Source: Microcoleus sp. | Lineage (GTDB): Bacteria; Cyanobacteriota; Cyanobacteriia; Cyanobacteriales; Microcoleaceae | NCBI GenBank assembly: GCA_042408215.1 | Contig: JAYFMW010000006.1 | Span: 416,001 to 480,000, forward strand | Length of the DNA: 64,000 nucleotides | Direction of reading: 5' to 3' | Part shown: positions 63,561 through 64,000 of the stretch, in pieces | Layout: every line of letters starts with the position of its first letter | Position numbering within the stretch: position 1 is the stretch's first letter | The notes under the pieces: model-generated | Databases searched by the model: none | What the model saw: the letters and a program-made list of their open reading frames with translations, nothing else | Told to the model about the DNA's origin: nothing | Made by a program: the position numbers and the translations under genes

Positions 63561-64000
63561 TCAAGTCAATTCATCCGGGTTAATTCCCATCTCCCGCAAC
63601 CTTTCTGCTAAAAGCTGCGATCGGCTTCTTTCCTCCTCTAACGCTGTCTCAGCAAGTTCAGCCCGCTGACGTAACGCTGTCTCAGCAAGTTCAGCCCGAT
63701 CGCGTTCTGACTCTAAAACTTGACAAATCTCAATGTAGGAAAGAAACCGCGTGTCATCAGGACGATAAATCTGCAACTGAGAACCAGATAAATCAAACCG
63801 AATTTTCAACCAGGGACTGACCCAATTTTCCAGAGATTCGATCGCGTCTAACCCATCTTCACCCCGCAGCCAACCTGTGAGTTGATTGTTGTCAGGATTG
63901 TAAATGTAATATTCTTCAACACCGTAGCGATCGTAAAACAGGAGCTTTTTATCCATCTCATTTTTAGAATTACTACGAGACAGAATTTCAAACACTACTT
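63561..64000 (-). CDS. Uma2 family protein with coiled-coil tail, 5' part outside the window
   Basis: VFEILS, FYDRYGVEEYYIYNP, LAERLREMGINP. Confidence 0.88.
   Translation of the reverse strand, partial: VVFEILSRSNSKNEMDKKLLFYDRYGVEEYYIYNPDNNQLTGWLRGEDGLDAIESLENWVSPWLKIRFDLSGSQLQIYRPDDTRFLSYIEICQVLESERDRAELAETALRQRAELAETALEEERSRSQLLAERLREMGINPDELT

Overview
Chromosomal window of a filamentous cyanobacterium, Oscillatoriales/Microcoleus-like by inference from abundant HIP1 GCGATCGC sites, heptamer STRR tracts and gene content. Core and accessory genes: glgB, ftsL-like/ftsI, an hpsA plus four pilin-like gene gliding/polysaccharide cluster, metal homeostasis (HMA chaperone, broken smtA, ZnuABC-type transporter, COG0523/cobW with Zur boxes and a cobalamin riboswitch), a CADD-like oxidase, EPS genes (wzc, GT4, Wzy-like, WecB/TagA), clpX, two sensor kinases and two response regulators. 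Mobile DNA is dense: seven tnpB genes with no tnpA, three ORF-less IS605-type minis, orphan left ends, an ORF-less group II intron inside a MITE terminus, and nested MITE/REP repeats. Most notable: (1) a six-unit ~342-bp tandem array of nested hairpin elements whose two variable slots are combinatorially shuffled; (2) a metallothionein gene split by a tnpB element, with its 3' half inverted exactly at the edge of the target motif; (3) a small RHH gene in place of tnpA; (4) the ORF-less intron with intact EBS1/IBS1 pairing. Coordinates were read by eye. No database searches were run, and clustered frameshifts may partly be assembly errors.
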